Positions 51,878 to 63,682 of a stretch of 64,000 nt of DNA are shown here, one piece after another; positions within the stretch are counted from its first letter, which is position 1, and each line of letters begins with the position of its first letter. The stretch is from sequence record OP310984.1; one strand, given 5' to 3'. The position numbers and the translations under genes were made by a program. The notes beneath the pieces are model-generated. The model did not search any database. It saw only the letters and a program-made list of their open reading frames with translations, and was not told the origin of the DNA.

Positions 51878-54800
51878 ATGCGCTTAAATATTACACAGTT
51901 TCTGAAAAATTATAGTGTACGCGAATATGCTAAACTTCAGTCACCTAAGTTGCATGCTCTAAATAAACTTGATCTACCTTTCGAATCCATTTATCAGTTC
52001 TTCGATGGTAATAATGCAGTAATGGGTCCTAGTCAAACAGACCCATTATTCTCCAAACATCAAGGTAAAGTATATATTGAGCATGTTACTGATATGCTTA
52101 CATTTGAAGGTAATCCACGTAGGACTTCAAATATCCCAGCAACAATGATTCAAGAGTTTCGCCGCCAGAACCGTTTCTTTAAACCTTTACGCAGTGATAC
52201 CGGTTTTAAATTATCAAACCAGAACATTCTGGTAATGAATTATAATTTAATTAACCCTCAATGGAATTATATGGCTTCTTATAAAGCTACATGGTTCCGT
52301 TGGTCAAATGACATGCGTACATTCTGGAGTGGCGTAGCGGCTGCATGTGAACGTTTTCCTGGTTGGAACCAGTTCATTGATGTACACTTACCTGAGTTAG
52401 TTCCACCTCCTTCTTCTTTTAATAAACTACGAGGGGGTTTGACTCAAGATCTAGCTAATCAATTCAATACACCTGATATTCTAAATATATTTGATTTAGT
52501 TCGTTGGGTTTCTGATGATCGTGAAAGTTCTTTCATGAATGTCATCGATGCTAAGTATTACGGTAACATTAATCTTTTATTCCGTGTACAAAGTTCATTC
52601 TTTGTTATTAACTTAGGGATGCTTGATCAATGGCGTCGTGATCCAGAAATTAAAGATGATAAAGGTTATGATACCCAGCAAATAGCTAGGCGCCTTATTT
52701 CACTAGTATCAGCGATGGTTGAATATAACCAAGGTAATACTTCATTAATTAAAGAAGATACGCCTATCTTTAATGAAGATATTATTGTTGATGAAGAAAC
52801 TCCGGTTAGTTATGAAGAAGGTGAAGCAGAAGAGGTTGAGGATGTTGAGTCTAATAACGTTGAAGAAGAAGTAACTGAAGTTGATGTTATTGATGATGTT
52901 CAATTTGACCCAACCAACTTAACTAACTTAATTGATATTGGCGCAATTGAGGTAACATATACCCCACCACCAGAAAGTGATCTTGAGGTAACAAAGCTTA
53001 TCATTGAAAAAGATCCACTGGAATCTTCACCTTCTCGCCAAATTAAAGAAGAGAAGGAACTCATTGTAACAGATGTACCAGAAGATGAGTTATTCATCAA
53101 TACTGAAGTTGATGAAGAAGATAAACTAATCGATGCCATTAGAGCTAAAGCATACGACATGTATCGCGTGAATATGATTTCTGCGAATACATTCGAGCAA
53201 GCTCAAGAAGATTCGATTATGTATCGTCGTCTACCTGATCCATTTACCGATCCTAATGATGAATCAGTAGAACCTATGACGATCGCTGAGGCGATGGAAT
53301 ATCATCCAGATGATCTTAAGATTCCAGAAGACACCACTTTTGAAGATAAGCCAACCATTGTTGATAAATCAATGTTGGGTAGTAAGTTAAAAGCCATCCA
53401 ACGCAAATACAACAAGGTCTTATTAAAGAAAGATATTTTAAACAGTGTGTTATCTGTTCAGAAACAAGGCGTATCAGTAACTAATTACAAAATTGAAACT
53501 GTACGCGATTCTGGTAACCATTACCAAATCCACAAAGTTACATTAAAGCCTATTCGTGGTAGAAGTTCACAAGTAATGTTCCGTATCCCTGTCATTGATA
53601 ATGACGGTAGGTTCATGTCTAATGGGGTAACATATCGCCAACGTTTACAACGTGCTGATATTCCAATTCGTAAAGTTAATCCACGTAAAGTTGCATTGAC
53701 CTCTTATTATAATAAGACCTTTGTGACCAGATCTGAACGTGCTGAAAACAACTTTGATAATTGGTTAATCAGAGCGATTACCAACCGTGCATTAGATGGA
53801 AGTGATATGTCTGTACATTCAGTTACCTATGCTGAATTAGATCAATCCAACTATGTTCTACCAAGGGTGTACACTACTTTAGGAACAGCTTTTAAAGGCT
53901 TCCATAATCACCGTAATGTGTTCTATTTTAATTTCAAAGATCGTAATGAATTCTTTGCAAAACAAGGATTACATATCGAAGATTATGAAACTGATGATTT
54001 GATAATGGTGGGGTTCAATGGCACTGATGCTATCTTGTTAGATAAGAATTCCATCTTTTACATGAAAACAGGTAATGAGCTAGAACCTATTGGTACCATT
54101 ACAGATATACTTGGCTTAGATCTAACCAAAGCGCCGTTAGAAGCTATTCTAATGTCAATTGGTGGTAAAGAGCTACCATTAGGTTTCATTTTAGCATATC
54201 ACCATGGCTTAAACAATCTACTTAAGAAGTTGAATGTTAATTATCAGCGTCATCAGCGTGGTACCAGGATTGTTGTCAATAGTACGGATTATACATTAGC
54301 GTTCGCTGATGAGATCCTAGTATTTGATCGAGCTGATTATAAAGCAATGCTTGTATTAAGTGGACTCAAACGTTATCATAAATCACTGCGGCGTTATTCT
54401 GTTTATGATTTCAATAAACGAGATGTTTACTTCAGGGTTCTTGAAGAAGCTGGATTAAGTAATAGATTTACACGTGATATTGATACACTCTTCTCAGCAT
54501 GGGTCGATCCAATCACTGAGGGTCTACTCAAGGAGATGGGTGAACCAACTACTTTTGAAGGATTGCTTTATCGGTCTGTCGAGTTATTAACGAACGACTG
54601 GAGTCCAGCAGAAGTAGATGGCGCATATATGCGCTATCGTGGTTATGAGCGCATGGCAGGGGCTATTTTTAATGAACTCAATAGAGCGGTACGTGTATTT
54701 AATATGCGTAATGGTGGGTCAGTGCAAACTGTCGAGTTAGATCCACACGTGATCTGGCGCAAGATTGTACAAGATCCGACAGTAGCCACTATTGAAGATT

Positions 54801-56233
54801 CTAACCCCATTGCAAATATCCGTGAACAAGAAGCGATGACTTATCGTGGAGATGGTGGACGCGGTCCAACTTCAATGGTTGCACGTACACGTATTTACGG
54901 TGAAGCGGATGTTGGTGTGGTTAGTGAATCAACTGTGGACTCAGGTGACGTTGGTGTTATTGCTTACTTAGTACCTGATGCTAACTTTGTAAACATGCGT
55001 GGTGTTACGCGTATGTTTGATCCAAAGACAGATGGGCCAGCTAGACTACTCTCAACTAGTGCACTGCTTGGTGTTGCAACCGAACATGATGACCCTAAGC
55101 GAATTAACTTTATCTCAATTCAGCAGCAGCAAGGTATTTATGCTGATGGGTATACAGTTACACCAGTTCGTACAGGCTATGAACAAATCATAGCCCAAAG
55201 GACTAGTTCTATCTTTGCTGTAGCAGCAGAACAAGATGGTGAGGTTGTAGCTATTGATGAATATGGTATCCAAGTTAAATATGCCGATGGTAATGTATTT
55301 GGATATCAATTAGGTACAGTTCATGGCACAGCAGCTGGTGTTAACTATCCACACATTCTTGTTACCTCATTAAAGAAAGGTGATAAGTTTAAACGTGGAG
55401 ATACTATCACATATAACAAACGTTATTTCTCTGAAGATAGGTATACGCCTGGGCAAGTATTATGGAAAGCCGGTTGTATGGCTGTTGTAGCATTTGATGA
55501 TAACCTTGACACTTTAGAAGACGGTTCAGTTATTTCTGAAGACCTAGCTAAAAGGTTAAATACTCAAACAACTGCAATCAAGAATATCGATGTTAGGTTT
55601 GATCAGACTATTCGAGATATGGTGAAAGTTGGGGATCATGTCGACTTAAATTCAATTCTATGTATAATTGAAGATCCTGAAACAGCTGCTCACTCACTAT
55701 ATGACGAGGCATCTATTGAGACATTACGCAAACTATCAGCATATTCGCCACGTGCTAAGCTCGTAGGTACAGTATCAAAGATTGAATGCTTCTATCATGG
55801 TGAAATAGACGATATGACACCAAGTTTACAAGCATTAGCTAATACGTCAGATAAACAACGCGCTGAACGAGCTAAATCATTGAAAGAACCTACTTTCACT
55901 GGACAAGTAGATGCTAACTATCGAGTGAAAGGACGAGCCTTAGAATATGACCACATGATTATTCGAGTGTATATCGATCATGATATCCCATGTGGTGTTG
56001 GAGATAAAGGCGTAGTAGCTAACCAGATGAAAACGGTATTCTCCCGTGTAATGACTGGACGTAATGAAACTGAAGATGGCCGTAATATTGATCTACTATT
56101 CGGTAATACATCGGTAGAAGAACGAATGGTTCTATCTCCTAAAATCATTGCTACAACAACTGGTATCTTGTGGGCAGCTGGAAAACATCTTGTAGCTGTA
56201 TATAGAGGAAACACTAATGCAAAAGCTAAGTAA
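51878..56233 (+). CDS. virion RNA polymerase beta subunit, phiKZ gp178-like
   Basis: 1451 aa; GRFMSNG, DSNP, GDGGR, QQQQ, LEDGSVISE, GVGDKGVVANQMKTV. Confidence 0.93.
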   Translation: MRLNITQFLKNYSVREYAKLQSPKLHALNKLDLPFESIYQFFDGNNAVMGPSQTDPLFSKHQGKVYIEHVTDMLTFEGNPRRTSNIPATMIQEFRRQNRFFKPLRSDTGFKLSNQNILVMNYNLINPQWNYMASYKATWFRWSNDMRTFWSGVAAACERFPGWNQFIDVHLPELVPPPSSFNKLRGGLTQDLANQFNTPDILNIFDLVRWVSDDRESSFMNVIDAKYYGNINLLFRVQSSFFVINLGMLDQWRRDPEIKDDKGYDTQQIARRLISLVSAMVEYNQGNTSLIKEDTPIFNEDIIVDEETPVSYEEGEAEEVEDVESNNVEEEVTEVDVIDDVQFDPTNLTNLIDIGAIEVTYTPPPESDLEVTKLIIEKDPLESSPSRQIKEEKELIVTDVPEDELFINTEVDEEDKLIDAIRAKAYDMYRVNMISANTFEQAQEDSIMYRRLPDPFTDPNDESVEPMTIAEAMEYHPDDLKIPEDTTFEDKPTIVDKSMLGSKLKAIQRKYNKVLLKKDILNSVLSVQKQGVSVTNYKIETVRDSGNHYQIHKVTLKPIRGRSSQVMFRIPVIDNDGRFMSNGVTYRQRLQRADIPIRKVNPRKVALTSYYNKTFVTRSERAENNFDNWLIRAITNRALDGSDMSVHSVTYAELDQSNYVLPRVYTTLGTAFKGFHNHRNVFYFNFKDRNEFFAKQGLHIEDYETDDLIMVGFNGTDAILLDKNSIFYMKTGNELEPIGTITDILGLDLTKAPLEAILMSIGGKELPLGFILAYHHGLNNLLKKLNVNYQRHQRGTRIVVNSTDYTLAFADEILVFDRADYKAMLVLSGLKRYHKSLRRYSVYDFNKRDVYFRVLEEAGLSNRFTRDIDTLFSAWVDPITEGLLKEMGEPTTFEGLLYRSVELLTNDWSPAEVDGAYMRYRGYERMAGAIFNELNRAVRVFNMRNGGSVQTVELDPHVIWRKIVQDPTVATIEDSNPIANIREQEAMTYRGDGGRGPTSMVARTRIYGEADVGVVSESTVDSGDVGVIAYLVPDANFVNMRGVTRMFDPKTDGPARLLSTSALLGVATEHDDPKRINFISIQQQQGIYADGYTVTPVRTGYEQIIAQRTSSIFAVAAEQDGEVVAIDEYGIQVKYADGNVFGYQLGTVHGTAAGVNYPHILVTSLKKGDKFKRGDTITYNKRYFSEDRYTPGQVLWKAGCMAVVAFDDNLDTLEDGSVISEDLAKRLNTQTTAIKNIDVRFDQTIRDMVKVGDHVDLNSILCIIEDPETAAHSLYDEASIETLRKLSAYSPRAKLVGTVSKIECFYHGEIDDMTPSLQALANTSDKQRAERAKSLKEPTFTGQVDANYRVKGRALEYDHMIIRVYIDHDIPCGVGDKGVVANQMKTVFSRVMTGRNETEDGRNIDLLFGNTSVEERMVLSPKIIATTTGILWAAGKHLVAVYRGNTNAKAK

Positions 56234-56414
56234 TAATGTAGCACATGGTCAGAACATTGCTGTTCTTCATGCTGCTGTTAAACTAGGTACTCAAGCAATT
56301 CTACAATCGCTTGGTGGCACCACCAGCTCCCCATCTCTGAATGGGGAGTTTTTAACTGAGGCTGATATTGCAGCAGCTTTAAACGCTCGCTTAATGAAGA
56401 ACCTCAATATCTAA
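56217..56414 (+). CDS. small hypothetical protein
   Basis: 65-aa ORF with GAGGA RBS, overlapping the end of RNAP beta. Confidence 0.6.
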   Translation: MQKLSNNVAHGQNIAVLHAAVKLGTQAILQSLGGTTSSPSLNGEFLTEADIAAALNARLMKNLNI

Positions 56415-56425
56415 GGAGTGTTAAA

Positions 56426-57985
56426 ATGTTCTGTAAAGAAACCCAAGCTGCGATTGTTGGCTCAGCACGTAGTCTAACTGAGGATAACCTTGTTCTAGTT
56501 ATCCCTAATGAAACATATCCCCTTGCGGTCTTTGCAGATGGTTTCAGTGTAGATGGCAACTCTAATAAAGTTGCCCTCTCTGAAGAGCTGGAAGCATCTG
56601 TAGAAGAGTTCTTCGAGGAAGCTAACCAAGAGCAACCTGTTAGTGTAGAAGAAGAGCAAGAAGCTCTGATTGCACATGTCTGCTCATCATTACAAAAGAT
56701 CCAATTCAATACGCAGAATGTTATTTGCCCTGCAATTGAATATATGGTACGTGTTTTTAATGAGCGTCAAAGCATTAGTTGTCAACCAGATGTAAGCGCT
56801 ACATTCTACCACTATAATGCAGTTCATAGTGATCCCCGCTTAACTGCACACGTTAGTACACGATACAATAATTTACAGCCGCTACCTGAGTATCGTACCT
56901 TTATTCTAGAATCAATTGATGCTAATGAAATTATTCGGTTAGTGTCAATGGGTAATCCGCATCTAGATCAAACTGAAGTTGAAGAATGGCTACTATCTAT
57001 TCCTAATAGTGCCGCTGTTATTGAAGGTGTGTGGAATTCTATCTTCAATGATGGTCGTCTTCTCATTCCAGGTGAACTTGAATATGTTGTGGGTAGGTCC
57101 TTCCCATTCACTGTTGATTCACTAGCTCTGGCTTACATGATTTGCGGTCACTACATCGATAACCCGGTTGAAGTTATTGGCGAGAGTGATGTTGACCTAG
57201 AAACATGGTCACTAACTATTCGTAAACTACATGAGATGTTTGGATTCTATCTCAAGCGTGCTTATGAACGTCGTCAAGCTGATCGTGATGCAGGTCTACT
57301 CATCCTAGCCTCAGAAGCTAATAATGTAGTTGCTAATTCTCGTTGCAAAGTAATCATTAATGGTGATGTTGCACCTCAATTTGAATTAGCCGGTGGTGAC
57401 ATCCAAGCTATCCTTGGTGCAGCTGTAGCAGGTAGTAATAACATTTACCTAGAACAGATTCTTAATAACTCAGAACAGTTTATTCAACGTTGGCTATCAG
57501 TATATCCGCTGATTAAACAATCGGCTATGGATAAAGGTTTACGTAAACTACGCAATGACATTCATGAATCATTTATGGATGGTGTCATTAATACTGAACT
57601 TAAAGATCGCCATGTTAATGAACTCGAATATCGTATTAAAGAAGCAATGAGTACGATGACGACTGAAGATCTTAAGAATCCTTATATCACCTTTGGTAAA
57701 CTTATCTGTAAAACATTCTTTACAGAAAATGTTTACTGGCAATATCTGCTAGCAGTTGATGAATTTAGTCAAATGTATCCTGAGGCCACTCTACGTGAAC
57801 TCAATACACAATCACTAATTTCACTAATGGCAGCATGGCTGTCTCAACAGATTAAAGTTGAGCGGTTCACTGGTGTTGTTGATCCTTATGCAAAACTACC
57901 AGTAAAAGAAGTTATTGAAACTGTAGAAGATGATAGCACTGAAACTTTAGATAATGTTGAAATCGAAGAAGAAGTTTCTAATTAA
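56426..57985 (+). CDS. conserved phiKZ-like protein (gp177 position, probably virion)
   Basis: 519-aa ORF; TAAGGAG RBS; synteny. Confidence 0.85.
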   Translation: MFCKETQAAIVGSARSLTEDNLVLVIPNETYPLAVFADGFSVDGNSNKVALSEELEASVEEFFEEANQEQPVSVEEEQEALIAHVCSSLQKIQFNTQNVICPAIEYMVRVFNERQSISCQPDVSATFYHYNAVHSDPRLTAHVSTRYNNLQPLPEYRTFILESIDANEIIRLVSMGNPHLDQTEVEEWLLSIPNSAAVIEGVWNSIFNDGRLLIPGELEYVVGRSFPFTVDSLALAYMICGHYIDNPVEVIGESDVDLETWSLTIRKLHEMFGFYLKRAYERRQADRDAGLLILASEANNVVANSRCKVIINGDVAPQFELAGGDIQAILGAAVAGSNNIYLEQILNNSEQFIQRWLSVYPLIKQSAMDKGLRKLRNDIHESFMDGVINTELKDRHVNELEYRIKEAMSTMTTEDLKNPYITFGKLICKTFFTENVYWQYLLAVDEFSQMYPEATLRELNTQSLISLMAAWLSQQIKVERFTGVVDPYAKLPVKEVIETVEDDSTETLDNVEIEEEVSN

Positions 57986-58003
57986 ATTATCTTAATGGTT
58001 AAT

Positions 58004-58110
58004 AATCATTAAAACATGCAATCGATGATAAACTCCGGTATTTGGAAGGATACCGGAGTAATACAGCGAATATTTAAAGGTGCATGATTTTGATTAAGTA
58101 TTTTAATCTT
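58004..58110 (+). other. structured intergenic region with 10-bp perfect stem and GGAA loop
   Basis: actccggtat/ataccggagt 58032-58059 inside catgca/tgcatg outer stem. Confidence 0.5.
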
Positions 58111-58132
58111 TACATAAATGAACAATTAGGAC

Positions 58133-58861
58133 ATGATAATGGACGTACGTTCTCTTCGACGGGATCCAGAACGGGTCCACAGTCATCTAACTGATTTAGA
58201 AGATAATTCAGTAGTAACTAATGCCCCATGTAAAATACAGATTCCAGAAAGATTTACAGGAAGACATCTAGCTGTTATTGGTAGTGAAGTATTCACTATT
58301 GGTATATTTCCTATTATTTTTAATGATGAATATTACGCAGTAAATAATACCATTGCAATGATGCGGATAAATCCAATCTCTACTGAACGCGTCCACATCA
58401 ATGGTGAAGTTTATCTAGAATTTCATTTTGATAAAGGTAGTAAGATTTTCCAGAATACTTACTTAGTTGTTAATGATACATTAACTTACTATGTCTATGA
58501 TGAGTTAATTAACAAAGGAAACTTCCCTTGGTATATTAACTATTATGACAAAGCCAAATTATTTGAGACAGCTAATTTACACGCTGGTGTTAACCTTGGT
58601 GGATGGCCTACATTACAACTTATTATTTCAACCACTCAGCGTGCCTCGGATGATATATCACAACTATATCGACATGTGTTAACTAGACACAGTGATATCG
58701 TGGATAATCCACCAGTCGACGTACCATTCCGTTCAGTTATCTGGAATACTTCAGACACAACATCAAAACTCAATGGGGCTTATTTTGATCAAGGTATCAC
58801 ATCAGCACTTGTTAACCCATCTGAGTCAGTAGAGCTTATTGAAGAACTCCTCAGGACCTAA
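58133..58861 (+). CDS. conserved phiKZ-like protein (gp176 position)
   Basis: 242-aa ORF; synteny with head protease. Confidence 0.85.
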   Translation: MIMDVRSLRRDPERVHSHLTDLEDNSVVTNAPCKIQIPERFTGRHLAVIGSEVFTIGIFPIIFNDEYYAVNNTIAMMRINPISTERVHINGEVYLEFHFDKGSKIFQNTYLVVNDTLTYYVYDELINKGNFPWYINYYDKAKLFETANLHAGVNLGGWPTLQLIISTTQRASDDISQLYRHVLTRHSDIVDNPPVDVPFRSVIWNTSDTTSKLNGAYFDQGITSALVNPSESVELIEELLRT

Positions 58862-58872
58862 GGAGTTGCGTT

Positions 58873-59685
58873 ATGCAACCATATTCTAATTTTTCTGGTT
58901 TGCAACAGCGTACTAATAACCAAGTAGTTATCGGCAGTGATATGTTAGCCGGTACTAATAAAAAAGGTGTATTAGTACCTGATGCGGATGGTTACTATCT
59001 AACTCCACTAGGAGCTTATGGTACCCGAAATTCAGCTGGTATGTTCTATGAAATGGCATCCGGCGTATCTATGTTTAATCCAGACTCACCTTTAATGCGC
59101 CGTGTTAAAAAGGGTGTTCTATTCATGGAATACAAACACCCTGAACCCTATCGTAAAGATGGCACACGGATGAATGAACATGAGTACCTAATGCGAATTC
59201 GTCAAATCGATGATGATCGTGTGTGTGCGCATATTAAGGAACTTATTCTGGTTGATTCTACAGATGAGAAAGGTCTTCCTATTAAACTAGTACTTGGCAA
59301 ATGCAAACCATACGGTCCTTTTGGTAAGTACTTCGAAGCATCTATTACCAATCCTTCTCAGAATACTTATTGCTCGGTAAGGTCAATAACTCAAGATGAT
59401 CCTATGCGCGGTATCAAATATACCCGTGAGATTTCAACTTGGGATATGGTTGGGGAAGGTGGTATTTACGGTGCTAATAAATGGAATTCCCCTGCATTAG
59501 AGAACTATGAAGATCAATTAATGGTTATCACGCCTGATACTCTATATCAGGTACAGCGTGAACGTGAACGTCAAATTAACATGGGTTTTGAATGTTCTGA
59601 TATCACCAATGTGACAGATCTAGCGAAAAGTCTTGGCTGGGATATTTCACCAGTTAAACATAGACGCCCTGGCTTCATGCGTTAA
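58873..59685 (+). CDS. head maturation (prohead) serine protease, phiKZ gp175-like
   Basis: 270 aa; EYKHPE, CSVRS, TWDMV motifs; ALE motif near residue 210 fits the known S/A/G-X-E autocleavage. Confidence 0.85.
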   Translation: MQPYSNFSGLQQRTNNQVVIGSDMLAGTNKKGVLVPDADGYYLTPLGAYGTRNSAGMFYEMASGVSMFNPDSPLMRRVKKGVLFMEYKHPEPYRKDGTRMNEHEYLMRIRQIDDDRVCAHIKELILVDSTDEKGLPIKLVLGKCKPYGPFGKYFEASITNPSQNTYCSVRSITQDDPMRGIKYTREISTWDMVGEGGIYGANKWNSPALENYEDQLMVITPDTLYQVQRERERQINMGFECSDITNVTDLAKSLGWDISPVKHRRPGFMR

Positions 59686-59705
59686 AAATAAAAAAAAGAC
59701 ATAAT

Positions 59706-59726
59706 GCCCTCCCGTAATGGGAGGGC
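59706..59726. terminator. bidirectional terminator at convergent junction
   Basis: gccctccc-gtaat-gggagggc. Confidence 0.8.
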
Positions 59727-59734
59727 TTATGCTG

Positions 59735-60859
<1,125 letters not shown>

Positions 60860-60882
60860 TCAAGCCCCAATATTAAAAACTA

Positions 60883-61857
60883 CTATTTTTTATAAGCAAT
60901 AAATTTTCCAATATGCTTGAATCCCTTACAACTAATAGTAACTTTAATCGGATATTTAGCCTTCATTACATAAATTAACCTGGACATATTAAACGGCGCA
61001 TAAAGTATAAAATCATTATCTACCATTTCTTTATGGAATGCATTAATCTTATCTTGGACTAGTTTAATATAATCCTCATCATTAATAATACTTTGTTTAT
61101 CTGAAATAACAATCTTATCTACAGTATCGCCTTCAGCACATAGTCTTTCATATACCTCAGTACGGATAAATGTATTAACTGCGATATATGTATTTTCTGT
61201 TACTTGTGTAGCTTGTGCACTATAAATATCACTAATACAGTAATTAGGTTTATATGGACCAAATGGATCAATAATATCTTTAATAGATACACTCTTTTTT
61301 GGTAGAACATGGGGTGTTTCTAAAAATGAAACACTGTCATGTGCATCAATATCTAAATACTTATTGACTAGTGGGGCAACGCGGTTGAATGCCTCTTCAT
61401 AGATAGCATACATGTAGCCACGGTAATCTGGTAAAGACGCATAATAATTACGCTGAACAACAGTCTCGCAACTACTAACATAATTATAAAAAATATCTGC
61501 GTGCCTTAAAACATTATTAAATTCATCTACGCCTAGAATTGAACTAATCCAACTAACATCATTATCGTGGATAAATATAGCTAAACGAAGGTTTTGCCGT
61601 TTTGGATTAGTTTCATCTTGGAATGGATATGTTGTATATAGCTCAGTGATAGCTTGTTTAACTACATCAGGTGATTCATTGAAAAATTCTTTTGAGAATT
61701 GATCAATTGACATATTTTGTCTTTGCTGATATAGTTCATTAATACGTGCTTCTACTTGCACAAGGAAGTTAATCTTTTTACTGATTTTAAGGCTATGTTC
61801 AGTATGCATTAAGTTATCTCTGTTTGATTGATTTAATAACATCACAAACAATTTCAA
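60883..61857 (-). CDS. hypothetical protein
   Basis: 324-aa ORF; start uncertain. Confidence 0.8.
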   Translation of the reverse strand: MKLFVMLLNQSNRDNLMHTEHSLKISKKINFLVQVEARINELYQQRQNMSIDQFSKEFFNESPDVVKQAITELYTTYPFQDETNPKRQNLRLAIFIHDNDVSWISSILGVDEFNNVLRHADIFYNYVSSCETVVQRNYYASLPDYRGYMYAIYEEAFNRVAPLVNKYLDIDAHDSVSFLETPHVLPKKSVSIKDIIDPFGPYKPNYCISDIYSAQATQVTENTYIAVNTFIRTEVYERLCAEGDTVDKIVISDKQSIINDEDYIKLVQDKINAFHKEMVDNDFILYAPFNMSRLIYVMKAKYPIKVTISCKGFKHIGKFIAYKK

Positions 61858-62254
61858 ACCATTCTTTTTCTTGAATGGTTAGGTTTGCTCCTGATAAAAC
61901 TAATGGACCAAAACTTTTTGCTTTAAATAAAACGAATGGTCGACTATTAAGATTTAATAATAGGGTATCACGAAGGATATTGGTAAGTCCATCTACGTAT
62001 TGATACTTTAAACCATAGTCTAATTTATAATGGGAATTAACCTCTGGTTGAAGAAAAGCCTTTTCTTTTTTACCAGTGATGAGATACATCCGAAGACCTT
62101 TGAATGAAAAGAAATTCTCATTATCAAGTGTGGTCTTCTTCTCTTTTCCATTAAACTGAAATAGATCAGGGAGCGGTGTATTACCGCTCTGATCTACAAT
62201 GATGCTATCTACAGGATAATTATTTTGTACCCATGGGGTTTCTGGATTATTCAT
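61814..62254 (-). CDS. hypothetical protein
   Basis: ORF track to 62305; likely start MNNPETPW overlaps the upstream stop. Confidence 0.75.
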   Translation of the reverse strand: MNNPETPWVQNNYPVDSIIVDQSGNTPLPDLFQFNGKEKKTTLDNENFFSFKGLRMYLITGKKEKAFLQPEVNSHYKLDYGLKYQYVDGLTNILRDTLLLNLNSRPFVLFKAKSFGPLVLSGANLTIQEKEWFEIVCDVIKSIKQR

Positions 62255-63008
62255 TTGAATTAGGCTCCACCCAATGAGGATCAGGTACAGGAACAATATG
62301 CACACTGTCCTCTAGTTTATCTCGAAGATTAGGATCATCAGTCCATTGTAGAGAAAGAGTGTATCTCTCCTCTTTAGGCCGTAGTAGTAGGAATCCACGT
62401 CTTAATGTATTCCAAGACATATTGGGCGATAGTAAACCACGCCTTTGTGTATTAGCCAATGAGGTAAGTTTCTTTTTATCCAATCCTACAAGGTTGACTG
62501 GATTATTTAAAAACTCTTCCCATAGCTTATCCCACTTCTCCTGGTTAATTCCTTCTTTCCAGAGAATATGCCTATACAGATGGGCCATTGTAGTTGTAGC
62601 TGGTTTTTGATTCTTAAAAATTTCACATTCTTCATAGGGGAAATCATTTGCAGAGCAAGTTACCTCATCTTCAGTTGGATCGATATTGATCGTATAAACT
62701 GAATCAGGTTTTGATGTACCCCAAATCAGACGTACCTCTAATGTTGCTTTAACAGGTGATAAGAAATCAATAGCTTTCTTAAAGCCATCCCAACTCATTG
62801 TATCAGCTTTAAGTGCTTTATTAAGATTACCTTTATCTGGGTTATTCTTGTTATGTGGTTTTTGAAAGTATGCATTCAAACGTTTATCCCAAGCAAACTG
62901 TGTCATATTACGCCACAGTAGTACTTCCCGGAAAACATAACACAAAACCCCTTCTGCCTGCCTTAATCCTTTTTGAGGATCGCTTAATAAGTCTTTTACA
63001 GATTCCAT
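62247..63008 (-). CDS. conserved phiKZ-like protein with internal domain duplication (gp171 position)
   Basis: 253 aa; two ~75-aa halves with a W-D-K...MSW...L-P...W pattern. Confidence 0.85.
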   Translation of the reverse strand: MESVKDLLSDPQKGLRQAEGVLCYVFREVLLWRNMTQFAWDKRLNAYFQKPHNKNNPDKGNLNKALKADTMSWDGFKKAIDFLSPVKATLEVRLIWGTSKPDSVYTINIDPTEDEVTCSANDFPYEECEIFKNQKPATTTMAHLYRHILWKEGINQEKWDKLWEEFLNNPVNLVGLDKKKLTSLANTQRRGLLSPNMSWNTLRRGFLLLRPKEERYTLSLQWTDDPNLRDKLEDSVHIVPVPDPHWVEPNSNE

Positions 63009-63078
63009 CTTTTTTACACCTACGGTGAATTGATAATAAACACACTTTATATTAATTTATACTTGTATAGTCTGCACC

Positions 63079-63603
63079 TCATAGTAACTTAATAATTGCT
63101 CTTGATAGTTCAATAATATCATAGTACATTCTATCCATCTGGCGCTGATATGCTTGATGGTTAATCTGTTCAAGATATTCAGTTTGTTGCCAAATTAAGT
63201 CACGCATAGTTTCAATAGATTTACATACATCAATAAAACTATCATTACTGTTTATAAAATATTCATCAAGGTCAATTGATTTCCTGTCGATAAACTCAGT
63301 ACGACACATTTCACTAATCTTTAGATCATCTTCATTTGCAATATGATCATTTAACCTAGTTAGAGCATCTAATAAATAACCAATACTGTAATGTCTTAGA
63401 TAGACAGGAACACCTATCATCTTCCTGATGGTCAGAGTTTTTAATTCATCCAGATTAATTAATTGCCAGAAATTATTAATAGCTTTTAATCGTTCTTCAC
63501 CTGAAATAATATCTTTATCTATCCGTTCTAATTCAGTTAGAAGTTGTTCTTTACCAACTTCCTTTTGGAAGCCCCGGAAATATTGAATAAGTTTCTTAAA
63601 CAT
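63079..63603 (-). CDS. hypothetical helical protein
   Basis: 174-aa ORF. Confidence 0.8.
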   Translation of the reverse strand: MFKKLIQYFRGFQKEVGKEQLLTELERIDKDIISGEERLKAINNFWQLINLDELKTLTIRKMIGVPVYLRHYSIGYLLDALTRLNDHIANEDDLKISEMCRTEFIDRKSIDLDEYFINSNDSFIDVCKSIETMRDLIWQQTEYLEQINHQAYQRQMDRMYYDIIELSRAIIKLL

Positions 63604-63682
63604 GATATAGGACCTATTTTTCAGATACTTAGCATATGGTAAGTATGTTAGGTATTACTATTACTAATTAGAGGATAATAAA

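Noticed and set aside
58032-58059. GGAA-capped hairpin as a second h45 mimic
   Set aside because: The stem has no 16S similarity and GNRA loops are common
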